From a virus: a stretch of DNA of 64,000 bases. The notes below the pieces were generated by a model that was not told the origin of the DNA, searched no databases, and saw only the letters and a list, made by a program, of their open reading frames with translations. Made by a program: the position numbers and the translations under genes. The stretch lies in IMG/VR virus record IMGVR_UViG_3300027887_000007, positions 46,208 through 110,207 of that record, one strand, 5' to 3'. Below are positions 56,247-64,000 of this stretch, piece by piece; the stretch's first letter is position 1, and every line of letters begins with the position of its first letter.

Positions 56247-56991
56247 ATGGGACCGCTACGGCGTTTCCGAGTTGCCGGTATCGCTGGCTGTCGGAACTTC
56301 CGGAGGTCCATCCCACAGGGAATCCAAGGGCAATCTCGCACTCCTCGGGAGTGAGTTTTCGATAGTCGCGCCCCTCAAAAGGACCACGGTCCTCTGTCCA
56401 TGCTTGTCGACCCCTTTCCAGTAGTTGCTGTCGAGCCGGGTTCCAATCGTCAGAATCGTCCATCCGGAATCCCTTTGGAATACCGCCAAAGGCCCGCCGA
56501 TCAAACCCGACGATGAATACATGCTCGCGTCTGAGGGGTAGCCCGAACGCGGCTCCGTCCAGCACTCGCCATTCCCCCACATACCCCAAGTTGTCCAGCG
56601 ATGTGATGATTGACGTGAAAAGACGTCCTTCGTCTGCTGTGAGGATACCCGTGACGTTCTCGAGGAGGACAACCTTTGGCCTGACCAGTGACGCGACCCG
56701 AAAAAATTCCCAGTAGAGGCGGGTTCTTTCGCCAAATCCGCGCTTTGACCACCTGCCCCGCATAATTGACGCATCTTGGCACGGAAACCCTCCGGCGAGA
56801 AGATCGACATCTGGGCAGGTTTCGGGGGTGACGCTCTCGACATGACTCAGCTTCTCCGTGTCCTTCCAGTGCTTGTATAGCACGGCTAGACACCGTCCGT
56901 CAAGCTCGACCTGTAGAGCTACTCTACTTCCCTCTCGCTCTAGACCGAGATCCAGACCCCCGATGCCGCTGAAAAGGCTTGCCACTCTCAT
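56182..56991 (-). CDS. DNA (cytosine-5) methyltransferase
   Basis: SLFSGIGG (I), GGFPCQ (IV), LENV (VI), RREHVF (VIII), RKLTPEEC..GFP (IX), RYRQLGNAV (X). Confidence 0.92.
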   Translation of the reverse strand: MRVASLFSGIGGLDLGLEREGSRVALQVELDGRCLAVLYKHWKDTEKLSHVESVTPETCPDVDLLAGGFPCQDASIMRGRWSKRGFGERTRLYWEFFRVASLVRPKVVLLENVTGILTADEGRLFTSIITSLDNLGYVGEWRVLDGAAFGLPLRREHVFIVGFDRRAFGGIPKGFRMDDSDDWNPARQQLLERGRQAWTEDRGPFEGRDYRKLTPEECEIALGFPVGWTSGSSDSQRYRQLGNAVAVPCARWVGRRILDAVGGSDYESC

Positions 56992-57138
56992 CGGCTTTCA
57001 CCGTCCACACCGGCCATCGTTGGTTGTAGGAGGCCAGATATCGCCAGACTGAACCGTCGCGGTCCTTGTAGATCACGGCGTTGTCTCCCTGCCACAGGAT
57101 CTCAGCCGCGTCCTTCTTTACTACTTCGGGGATCTCTT

Positions 57139-57264
57139 TCAACACGCCACCTGAATGATGACCACGGCCAGCGCCAGAATCGCGGGAATGACGACGATCG
57201 CCACGGCAAACAGGCAGCTGGACCAGCTGAACTTCGGACCACAGTCGTACCCGTATGGAACCAT
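57139..57264 (-). CDS. Small membrane protein (41 aa, not in the ORF track)
   Basis: MVPYGYDCGPKFSWSSCLFAVAIVVIPAILALAVVIIQVAC*. Confidence 0.5.
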   Translation of the reverse strand: MVPYGYDCGPKFSWSSCLFAVAIVVIPAILALAVVIIQVAC

Positions 57265-57461
57265 CACTTTTTCCTGAACCGCTGCGCTACCGGACAGGTG
57301 GCCCAGTGAGCCACGCGACCCTCGCGGTCGATCGGAAGCCGCTTGTCATTCGGAGTGATCCACCACTCGACGATCGCCCCACAACCCTTGCACTTCGACT
57401 CCCCGGAGTAGGTGTAGCCGAGGCCGCGGAGCGTCTTCGAGTCGAACTTGGCTTCGGTCAT
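57264..57461 (-). CDS. Small Zn-binding phage protein
   Basis: CKGCGA.VEW..T...KRLP.D...HWATCP.A..F. Confidence 0.65.
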   Translation of the reverse strand: MTEAKFDSKTLRGLGYTYSGESKCKGCGAIVEWWITPNDKRLPIDREGRVAHWATCPVAQRFRKK

Positions 57462-57805
57462 CGGATTCTCTTCAGCCCTCCGAGGATCCCGCGCTGGTAG
57501 ACCTCTTTTTCGGCCGGTTTCTCGACCACCAGAACACGCTCCGGGCTGGATTCCTTTACGGATTTTGCGATCTGGGCCCCGGCTTCGGCAATGGCGAGGT
57601 TGGCGATCGCCTGTGCATCGAGACTCCGCACGATCACCGGATACATCTCCTCAACGTAGCGCTGCGCTACCTTGACGATGATCTCGCGCAGAACAGCCGT
57701 TGCCGTCGACTTGTGTACCATCAGGTCGTCGATCGTCATGTTCACGTCGACAGCCAGACGATCCGCCGGCTTCGAGACGGAGATTTTGATGGGTTCTGCC
57801 ATCAT
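57458..57805 (-). CDS. Hypothetical protein
   Basis: 115 aa, RBS GGAGG. Confidence 0.6.
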   Translation of the reverse strand: MMAEPIKISVSKPADRLAVDVNMTIDDLMVHKSTATAVLREIIVKVAQRYVEEMYPVIVRSLDAQAIANLAIAEAGAQIAKSVKESSPERVLVVEKPAEKEVYQRGILGGLKRIR

Positions 57806-58056
57806 TACCTCCCGACGATCGAAGGCGGATGGACCGGCACGTTCGGCGCCGGCCTGGCCTGAATGATTCGTTTCTCGGAGGGCTTCATCCAGCAGATCCA
57901 GAATCCCTTGTTGGCAACCATGACCAGCTCGTCCATCGAGAGCTCACGGTTGTAAACCCACACCCTGAGGTTCCCCTCGCTATCCACTTCCAGCTTGTCG
58001 GCGTCGAACTCGAGGACGTTCGCAGGGGCCAGTACGATCTGGTATTTCTGCGCCAT
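57805..58056 (-). CDS. Hypothetical protein
   Basis: 83 aa, coupled. Confidence 0.6.
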   Translation of the reverse strand: MAQKYQIVLAPANVLEFDADKLEVDSEGNLRVWVYNRELSMDELVMVANKGFWICWMKPSEKRIIQARPAPNVPVHPPSIVGR

Positions 58057-58275
58057 CTACCACCTTCTTTCTTTTGCGATGAGTGCCTTTGCTTCGCTGT
58101 GCCAATACTTGAAGAACGTCATCGGCCGCGTCAGGTCTCCGTCTAGGAACTCGCACATTTCGTGTACCAGCTCCCTGTAGAGCGGCCCGAGGAAGTAAGC
58201 CGCCAGAGCCAACCGCCGGCTCCAGTACCACGCCTTCAGACGGCCGATCTTCACCGCTATCCACGTTCGCATCAT
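58057..58275 (-). CDS. Hypothetical protein
   Basis: 72 aa, coupled. Confidence 0.5.
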   Translation of the reverse strand: MMRTWIAVKIGRLKAWYWSRRLALAAYFLGPLYRELVHEMCEFLDGDLTRPMTFFKYWHSEAKALIAKERRW

Positions 58276-58551
58276 TTTTTAACCGCCTTGCGATCTTCCT
58301 GATACACCGCATAAGCTCTGCCCGGATGTCCTCGTCCCCGTCTAGGCAATACCACGCCTGCTCGCACAGAGCCGCCGCCATCCTCCGGTCGTACGTTTCC
58401 GCCTTCTTCCTTCGGCTCTTTGGTGAAATCAAGTTCTTTTATCAGGCTCCCGCGGTGCGGGTGCATCTGGATGGCGATTAGAGTAGCCCTATAGAGCCTC
58501 CCGAAATACTCTATGGTGTGATCCAGCGATACGAGAATTCTTCCATCATTG

Positions 58552-58854
58552 TCACCGGGCATCAGGTTTCCACGGGCGCTGGTAATGGTAGTGCTTGCCA
58601 CACGTCCTGCGGTAGTGTTCGCCGTCTGGGAACCCGCACGTCGCCGGCTCCCTGCAGCCCGGCTCGTCGCACCCCATCTCAGGGACAGGATGAGGATCGT
58701 CCCACCCAAGTACGTCGAAGGCCTGCTCGAGGGCAGACAGCCCGCCCGTTGTGATCTTGGGCCCGGAGACCATGTATCCGAACTGGATAGCCATCGCCTC
58801 GATGGCCTCTTTGGCCGCTTCAGAATCGAATCCGCACTTCTGACATTTGGGCAT
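58552..58854 (-). CDS. Cys-rich hypothetical protein
   Basis: MPKCQKC...TGGLSALEQAFDVLGWDDP...CDEPGC...TCGKH. Confidence 0.6.
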   Translation of the reverse strand: MPKCQKCGFDSEAAKEAIEAMAIQFGYMVSGPKITTGGLSALEQAFDVLGWDDPHPVPEMGCDEPGCREPATCGFPDGEHYRRTCGKHYHYQRPWKPDAR

Positions 58855-59007
58855 AGTTTTGTCGGTGGCGGCAGGATCATCCCCCCGGACTACTGCCGCC
58901 GACCGCCCGGCCGGCCAGTCGCAAAAAGGGTCGGCCAAGATTGATGGGGCGGTTTTGAGTCCAATCCGCTTACCCACCGGGACTAAGTGGTGGCGCCCCA
59001 CATTACT

Positions 59008-59283
59008 CTACAGGTACTTGTCGAGCGCAGCGGCGACGGCTGCCATGATGCCTTGCCGCGGATGCTCGGCGTACCACATCTCGATGAGTTGCTCGTCGGT
59101 TGCCGGAACTCCGGTCGCTTCGACTGATTCGAGGTTCTTGTCCTGCGAGAAATCGAGGTATGCCTGAACGACCATGAGCGGTGTGGCGGTCTGATTCGCC
59201 ACATCCTCGGTCCTCCAGTACATGCCCGTCGCCGAGTTCCGCTTGTTCAGGTAGGTGTTCACATACTCCGGATAGGTCAACAT
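59008..59283 (-). CDS. Hypothetical protein
   Basis: 91 aa, strong RBS AGGAGG. Confidence 0.65.
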   Translation of the reverse strand: MLTYPEYVNTYLNKRNSATGMYWRTEDVANQTATPLMVVQAYLDFSQDKNLESVEATGVPATDEQLIEMWYAEHPRQGIMAAVAAALDKYL

Positions 59284-59294
59284 CTCTTCCTCCT

Positions 59295-59581
59295 AAGTGG
59301 CATGGCCGATGATGGCACCGGATTGGGTCACTGTCGCCCCTTGTGCCATTAGGGGCTAACTACCAATCCGCATCGGCCACAACTTATGCCGTCCGTGCTG
59401 CCAGCCCCGTCGCTGCGGGTCAGTACCACACCCCTTTCGGCAGCTTCCCAAGCCCACCCCGGCTCACTCCAGCTACGGTTTCCCGCCAAAGGAGAAGCTC
59501 TCCGGGGACGGACGGCTTCCGCGCCGCCGTGCGGGTAAGCGACCTCCAAGAGCCTACGCACACCCGCTAACCCAGCCACTT
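59295..59581 (-). ncRNA. Candidate ~290-nt structured non-coding RNA
   Basis: Closing stem, multiple nested helices, a GAAA tetraloop and a 7-bp pseudoknot (see findings). Confidence 0.5.
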
Positions 59582-59615
59582 GACGGGGAGACGAGAAGAC
59601 CCGGCAAGACGGCGG

Positions 59616-59927
59616 CTATTTCGGATCCATCTCCGTGAACCTTCCGTTCACGAACGTCACCAGCATCGCAGTGTCCAGAAACACCGGGTTCCCCTGCGGG
59701 AAGAAGCGCATGAAGTACTGCTCCACAGCCCCTCTCGGCAGAGTCTTGAGCTTCTCCAGCCGCGCATCCGGCGGCATCCGCTCGATATCCTCGAACATCG
59801 GATAGTTGCCGGTGAACCGGTTCTCGTATTGCCTCAGGAGCCGCTCCAGTACGAGGGCAACGTCCTGCGGCGGCAGCCCGGTAGCGTCGATCGCGTTTTT
59901 GATGATGTCGTGGAGTATCTGGCTCAT
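59616..59927 (-). CDS. Hypothetical protein
   Basis: MSQILHDII... behind GAGGGA. Confidence 0.6.
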   Translation of the reverse strand: MSQILHDIIKNAIDATGLPPQDVALVLERLLRQYENRFTGNYPMFEDIERMPPDARLEKLKTLPRGAVEQYFMRFFPQGNPVFLDTAMLVTFVNGRFTEMDPK

Positions 59928-60056
59928 GATCCCTCTGGTATGGCCCGCCCGCGGCGTCGACCGCGGCCCTGCTCCCTCCGGGGAAACACGTAACCCGTGG
60001 CGTCCGTCGTCTTTAGGACGGGAGACAGACACCGACAGGGGCAACTTGCACGGGCC

Positions 60057-60266
60057 TCAATGCGGTCCGAAATCGGACTGTCCCTGAACCTTGTACCAGA
60101 CGATTCGGTTGGCCGTCACGCTGAGGGCCACTCCGCTGTCAAATCCCATGAACAGTGTCCCATCGTCCCGCAGAATAGCAATCTCGCACATCTTACCGAC
60201 CAGATGATTGAGCCTCGCCAAGTTTTCCTCGCTGGAAAGCTCCTTGGTCTCATCCGTGCCGGCCAT
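60057..60266 (-). CDS. Hypothetical protein (probably a leaderless transcript)
   Basis: 69 aa; ATG 6 nt after a -10 box. Confidence 0.55.
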   Translation of the reverse strand: MAGTDETKELSSEENLARLNHLVGKMCEIAILRDDGTLFMGFDSGVALSVTANRIVWYKVQGQSDFGPH

Positions 60267-60272
60267 GTAGAG

Positions 60273-60302
60273 TTTATATCCCGTCTAGTAAAACCATGTC
60301 AA
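60273..60302 (-). promoter_or_regulatory. Sigma70-like promoter
   Basis: TTGACA-N18-TATAAA. Confidence 0.6.
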
Positions 60303-60484
60303 TAGAAATTTTTCCCGCCTTCTAGACGGAGGTACTTTACTATACGGTACGGGTCGCGGGGGTGCAGGATCCTGTAGAACACCGAGTAGAAATTCGCGTC
60401 GTGTAGAGTTGGATGGGCGCCGTAGAACCTCCACGGACCCTTCCCGCCCTGTTTCCACTCGATCACCCAGCAGTTCGCCTTCAC
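60299..60484 (-). CDS. Hypothetical protein
   Basis: 61 aa, GTGA overlap. Confidence 0.5.
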   Translation of the reverse strand: MKANCWVIEWKQGGKGPWRFYGAHPTLHDANFYSVFYRILHPRDPYRIVKYLRLEGGKNFY

Positions 60485-60888
60485 GGGTTTTCCCGGGTGA
60501 TGTCGGTCCGCAGGATGAGAGCGATCTGCCCCATCATCTGCTCGAGCTTGGCGCAGCGGTACTGCAGCTCGGTCGGGGATCCCTTCCTCGAGGCAGCGAG
60601 CTCCTCGGCCAGCCGCTCGATGTATTCGTGTTTCTTGACGAGCTCAGCTTTCATGATCTCCCGGTCGGCTTCCATCTTCTCCCGCTGCGCCTTCAGCAGG
60701 ATGATCTCCTCGTCCCGATCGTGAAGCGTCATCGTCAGCTTGTCCAACCCCGTCGCCGCTTCCCTAACCGTCGCCCGGAGACCCTTCACCGTCTCTCCGT
60801 AGTCCCTCAGCTCCGACAGGTACCCCTTCTCCCGCTCTCTGAGCCTCTCGAGCTCTTCTCCTAGCTTCGTATTCTGCCAATCGTTCAT
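60481..60888 (-). CDS. Coiled-coil protein
   Basis: MNDWQN...; heptad-rich. Confidence 0.6.
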   Translation of the reverse strand: MNDWQNTKLGEELERLREREKGYLSELRDYGETVKGLRATVREAATGLDKLTMTLHDRDEEIILLKAQREKMEADREIMKAELVKKHEYIERLAEELAASRKGSPTELQYRCAKLEQMMGQIALILRTDITRENP

Positions 60889-61342
60889 GGTGCGTCTCCA
60901 CAAGGACTTCCCATCTGTCGTATTTCCCCAGCGTCTTTTCCTTAACCGCCAGAAGCTTGAATGCCGCCTCTCTCTCCTCGCGGTTGATTTTCCTGATCAG
61001 ACCCCTCAGTTTATCCGTGGGGATGAACTCGAGCCTCATGTACCCCGGAGGATTAATGCCGGCCCGCCTGTAGCGGCTGAGGCACCGCTTCGGCAAGCCA
61101 AAGATCAACCGGAAATTGCCCACACCGGGAATGTTGAGCTCGCTTCGATCGCCTCTGCGGAGGCCCTCGACCCACGCCCGCATCCAGACCTGAAGTCCAG
61201 TGGCGACTGCGTCGATGCACTGAGCGGCCTGGTCCTCGGTTATTCCGGTCAGATCGGCAATGTGAACCGCGAACCCCCGCTTGGCGAGCCTCCCCTGAAG
61301 GATATATTTGCGGACAATCCTATTCCTCCTCTTCGGTTCCAT
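60764..61342 (-). CDS. HU/IHF-like DNA-binding protein (divergent)
   Basis: FAVHIADLTGITEDQAAQCIDAV...ELNIPGVGNFRL...RLEFIPTDKLRGLI matches the HU fold pattern. Confidence 0.65.
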   Translation of the reverse strand: MEPKRRNRIVRKYILQGRLAKRGFAVHIADLTGITEDQAAQCIDAVATGLQVWMRAWVEGLRRGDRSELNIPGVGNFRLIFGLPKRCLSRYRRAGINPPGYMRLEFIPTDKLRGLIRKINREEREAAFKLLAVKEKTLGKYDRWEVLVETHHERLAEYEARRRAREAQRAGEGVPVGAEGLRRDGEGSPGDG

Positions 61343-61725
61343 CAGGGCTCCCAGAGGTCGTTGTCGATCAGGTTTTGAACGCGGGCCTTTCTCTTCTCGT
61401 AGAACGCCTTGTGCCGATCGCACGGCACATTAGCCGTGCATCCGCACTCGCGCCAGTCCTCGAGGAAGCTCAGGGCCCGACCCAGAAGCGTGTTGAGGTC
61501 TTCGATGTCTTTGGCGTTGAGCTTCTCCTCGAGATGGGGAGGAAGCCGAAACTGCGGCGTCTGCACCATAACGAGCTCGGGTTCGTTCCGGACCCCCATC
61601 AAGTAGAAGAAGTAACCCTTCTTCGTCCAGTAGAACCCGAACCGGCCGCTGAGATGGATCCACCCGGGCTTGCGCCGGAGTTCCATTTCCTTCTCTTCTG
61701 GAGTCAGGATCACTGGATCACCCAC
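61342..61725 (-). CDS. Hypothetical protein
   Basis: 127 aa, coupled. Confidence 0.55.
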   Translation of the reverse strand: MGDPVILTPEEKEMELRRKPGWIHLSGRFGFYWTKKGYFFYLMGVRNEPELVMVQTPQFRLPPHLEEKLNAKDIEDLNTLLGRALSFLEDWRECGCTANVPCDRHKAFYEKRKARVQNLIDNDLWEP

Positions 61726-61936
61726 GCTTCCTGGCCGGCTTCTCCACGAACGTCTCGGGCTCGATCACCCAGTTGCCGCACTGGAACGCCGAGATGATCC
61801 GATCAACAGTCCGCATCATCGTAGGGCGCCGGGTGTACCCTTCCCCCGATTCCGCCACGATCTTCCGCGACCGGCTCTCGATCAGGCGCCACCGCCACTC
61901 CGCGTTCCTTGACTTGTATGTCTGGATTCTGTACAT
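61718..61936 (-). CDS. DUF1508/YegP-like protein
   Basis: YKSRNAEWRWRL...KIVAESGEGYTR. Confidence 0.75.
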   Translation of the reverse strand: MYRIQTYKSRNAEWRWRLIESRSRKIVAESGEGYTRRPTMMRTVDRIISAFQCGNWVIEPETFVEKPARKRG

Positions 61937-62270
61937 CACTGCCCTCCGCATCGAAACAGGCCATGCTGGCCTCAGTGTAAATGAACCCATCCGGCCTCGC
62001 GCCGCGATAGGCAAACGCCACCGGCACGGCGCCGGCGTAGATCACGATCTCCGGAGCGAACCCGACTCCCTTCAGAGGAAGTTCCCGCAGGAACTTCCCG
62101 CTCCGGTCGTAGAACAACGCGACCATCTTGCTTCCCACTCCGATCTGACTCCCGTCCTTCCCCCAGATCACCGCCACATTACTCTTCACCCGCGGGGCCC
62201 CGGGCTCCGGAAGCGCCGCTTCATGCTTCCGCAGGTACTCAGGATCGGTCATTCCTTCCGGCTCACCCAT
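61803..62270 (-). CDS. Hypothetical protein
   Basis: 155 aa; 3' end overlaps the DUF1508 gene. Confidence 0.45.
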   Translation of the reverse strand: MGEPEGMTDPEYLRKHEAALPEPGAPRVKSNVAVIWGKDGSQIGVGSKMVALFYDRSGKFLRELPLKGVGFAPEIVIYAGAVPVAFAYRGARPDGFIYTEASMACFDAEGSDVQNPDIQVKERGVAVAPDREPVAEDRGGIGGRVHPAPYDDADC

Positions 62271-62653
62271 TGTCCCAACCCCTTCATGATCGCTTCCCTG
62301 ATCACACCCAACCCCTCGCCGTAGGTGAAAAACCGCTCCGTCTCCCTCCGCACGGCCCTCTCAATCTCGTCCGCTACCGTTTTTTTGAGCGCTGCCCCAA
62401 GATTCTCGCTGGAGCAGAACTGACGGACGGCTTCCGCCACCTGCTTGTCCATCTCGGTAGAGTAATTCTGCAGGTGCATCAAAATCTGATGCTTCATCGA
62501 CTCCAGCTCGAACTTCACCACCGGCCCCGTCCCGATCATACCCCCTCCCCCACCAAACCACTCCTGCGCCAAGCTCCGCTTCATCTTCTCCCGGTTCCGC
62601 TCCTCAGCCCGCTGAAAGAGCTCCTCCAGACTCCGGCCGAACGCGGCATCCAT
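62249..62653 (-). CDS. Hypothetical protein
   Basis: MDAAFG...; helical. Confidence 0.55.
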   Translation of the reverse strand: MDAAFGRSLEELFQRAEERNREKMKRSLAQEWFGGGGGMIGTGPVVKFELESMKHQILMHLQNYSTEMDKQVAEAVRQFCSSENLGAALKKTVADEIERAVRRETERFFTYGEGLGVIREAIMKGLGQWVSRKE

Positions 62654-62892
62654 CACGGCTCGCCCCCCAACCACTTCCTCAGGTCGGTCAGATACTTCCC
62701 GACGTCGACAAGCCGAATGTCAGGCGGACCGCAGCGCCCCAGCAACCACCGCGCAGACAGACACCGCTCCTCCAGCCGATCGACCTCCCTCACAAGCCAC
62801 AGGAAGTCTTCCTCGCTGACCTCCCGGTACTCCAAACCCTCATCGTCGGTCAGCTTCATCGTGTGGTCGCGGATCATCTCGAGTCTTTTCAT
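62653..62892 (-). CDS. Hypothetical protein (Ead/Ea22-like WLVREVDRL motif)
   Basis: MKRLEMIR... behind GGAGG. Confidence 0.55.
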   Translation of the reverse strand: MKRLEMIRDHTMKLTDDEGLEYREVSEEDFLWLVREVDRLEERCLSARWLLGRCGPPDIRLVDVGKYLTDLRKWLGGEP

Positions 62893-63638
62893 TGATTCCT
62901 CCCCATCCACTCGTCGAGCCGTTGCTTGAGAGCGAAGATTTCGTCCAGCGCAGCTTCGTACTTGAGCTCGTAGTAACCCTTGTGACGGACCGGATGCTGC
63001 CCGCTGACCGGCCTCCCAAGATCGCTCAGAAGAGCATCCCGCTCCGCGACAACCCGTCTGAGCTGCCTTTCCTTCTCGCACAGATGACAGGTACAGTCCG
63101 ACCCAAGCGACAGCCACCTGCAGGCCGGCCAAGCCCGCTTCTCATACTCCTTGATCTTCACGCCGAATTCGTGCTTCGCCGCAACCCAGTCCTGCTCGTA
63201 TTGGTCCGCCTTCTTCCGGAGCCGCTCGTTCTGCAGATGCGACCAGCACACCTCACACCAACCGTTCGGCCGCCCGTAACTGTCCGTGGTCTGCTCGTTC
63301 TCCTCAGCCGGCAACCCCACGAAATGCAGACAATCACCCCGACCGGGCCCGGCCATCAGGCACCCCCGCTCGCACCGGAGCCGCTCAACCTCACACTCGA
63401 CACATTCAGCTGTAGAGCCCTTCTCCTTGTTGTACTGCGGGACAGCCTGATGCTTGATGCAGCGGATAAACAAAACATCGTCGGCGGAAGGCTTGGACCG
63501 CAACCGCACGACTTCGTCTTTGAGCCACTCTACGTCGCCCGCCGTGATCGCCTCCCAGTCGACGCACTCACAGCACGAATGGAACTCCTTGTACTTGATG
63601 TCTTCAAATGGGTCTCTCATGGTGTCCCCTTCAACCAC
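62889..63638 (-). CDS. Cys-rich coiled-coil hypothetical protein
   Basis: 249 aa with several CxxC motifs and EVERLR repeats. Confidence 0.55.
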   Translation of the reverse strand: MVEGDTMRDPFEDIKYKEFHSCCECVDWEAITAGDVEWLKDEVVRLRSKPSADDVLFIRCIKHQAVPQYNKEKGSTAECVECEVERLRCERGCLMAGPGRGDCLHFVGLPAEENEQTTDSYGRPNGWCEVCWSHLQNERLRKKADQYEQDWVAAKHEFGVKIKEYEKRAWPACRWLSLGSDCTCHLCEKERQLRRVVAERDALLSDLGRPVSGQHPVRHKGYYELKYEAALDEIFALKQRLDEWMGRNQ

Positions 63639-63904
63639 TTCCTTACCGATGGTTGGTCGTCACACGAATTCTCCAGCAGTTCCCGCGCCTCCTCGATCCG
63701 CTTGGTCAGGTCTGCAATGTCTTGGTTGTCCTTCTTCACAGCCTCATCCAAACAGCGGATGTACTCCTTCCGGCTGAAAGCCTCCCGCTTGGCGGCGGCG
63801 AGTTCGGCGCGGAGCCGCTCAACCTCCCGCTGCGGACCAACCCCATGCTGAGGACAATAGTGATCGGTTACCCGCGTCTCTTCCATCCCGTACTTGGCAA
63901 TCAT
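63617..63904 (-). CDS. Coiled-coil hypothetical protein
   Basis: 95 aa; EVERLRAEL. Confidence 0.5.
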   Translation of the reverse strand: MIAKYGMEETRVTDHYCPQHGVGPQREVERLRAELAAAKREAFSRKEYIRCLDEAVKKDNQDIADLTKRIEEARELLENSCDDQPSVRKWLKGTP

Positions 63905-64000
63905 GCAGGTGCAGCAATTATCAAATCGGTTGCGGAGCCGCCCAACCTCAACCTCAACTTTGAGCTTGTCGATCTGAATCGACTTTTCGAGGCACTCGCC

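Noticed and set aside
59349-59579. 76-aa ORF in the ncRNA candidate region
   Set aside because: No RBS, GTG start, uninformative composition; extensive base pairing explains the region better.
1-64000. tRNA genes, integrase, lysis cassette, tape measure, stop-codon reassignment
   Set aside because: None recognised by eye; genes end normally at TAG/TGA/TAA with coupled downstream starts.

Overview
The window is a contiguous piece of a high-GC (about 60% by eye) tailed dsDNA phage or prophage genome, with essentially all real genes on the minus strand. In transcription order (right to left): (1) about 51.4-64 kb, many small early/middle genes (HU-like, DUF1508, C5 DNA methyltransferase, KTSC, DUF1360, winged-helix) with several highly structured intergenic segments; (2) terminase large subunit and portal; (3) a ~16 kb block (30.7-46.3 kb) between portal and capsid genes that encodes four (Gly-X-Ser)n SGYSG collagen-like fibre proteins, LamG-like proteins, several glycosyltransferases, a methyltransferase domain, a B12-dependent radical SAM enzyme and a YkgJ-like Fe-S protein; (4) small Arg/Lys-tailed proteins, scaffold, major capsid and cement proteins; (5) neck adaptors, a duplicated cassette of beta-sandwich appendage proteins with multi-strand linker proteins, a large tail/stabilisation protein and a GNAT-like protein; (6) podovirus-type ejection proteins, ending in a >1,990-aa lytic-transglycosylase-containing protein that runs off the left edge and is missing from the ORF track. 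The best candidate for a new system is a phage-encoded, post-translationally modified (probably O-glycosylated and methylated) Ser-collagen fibre that appears to be built as initiator, extender and cap by donor-strand complementation. All assignments come from motif recognition by eye; no database searches were run.
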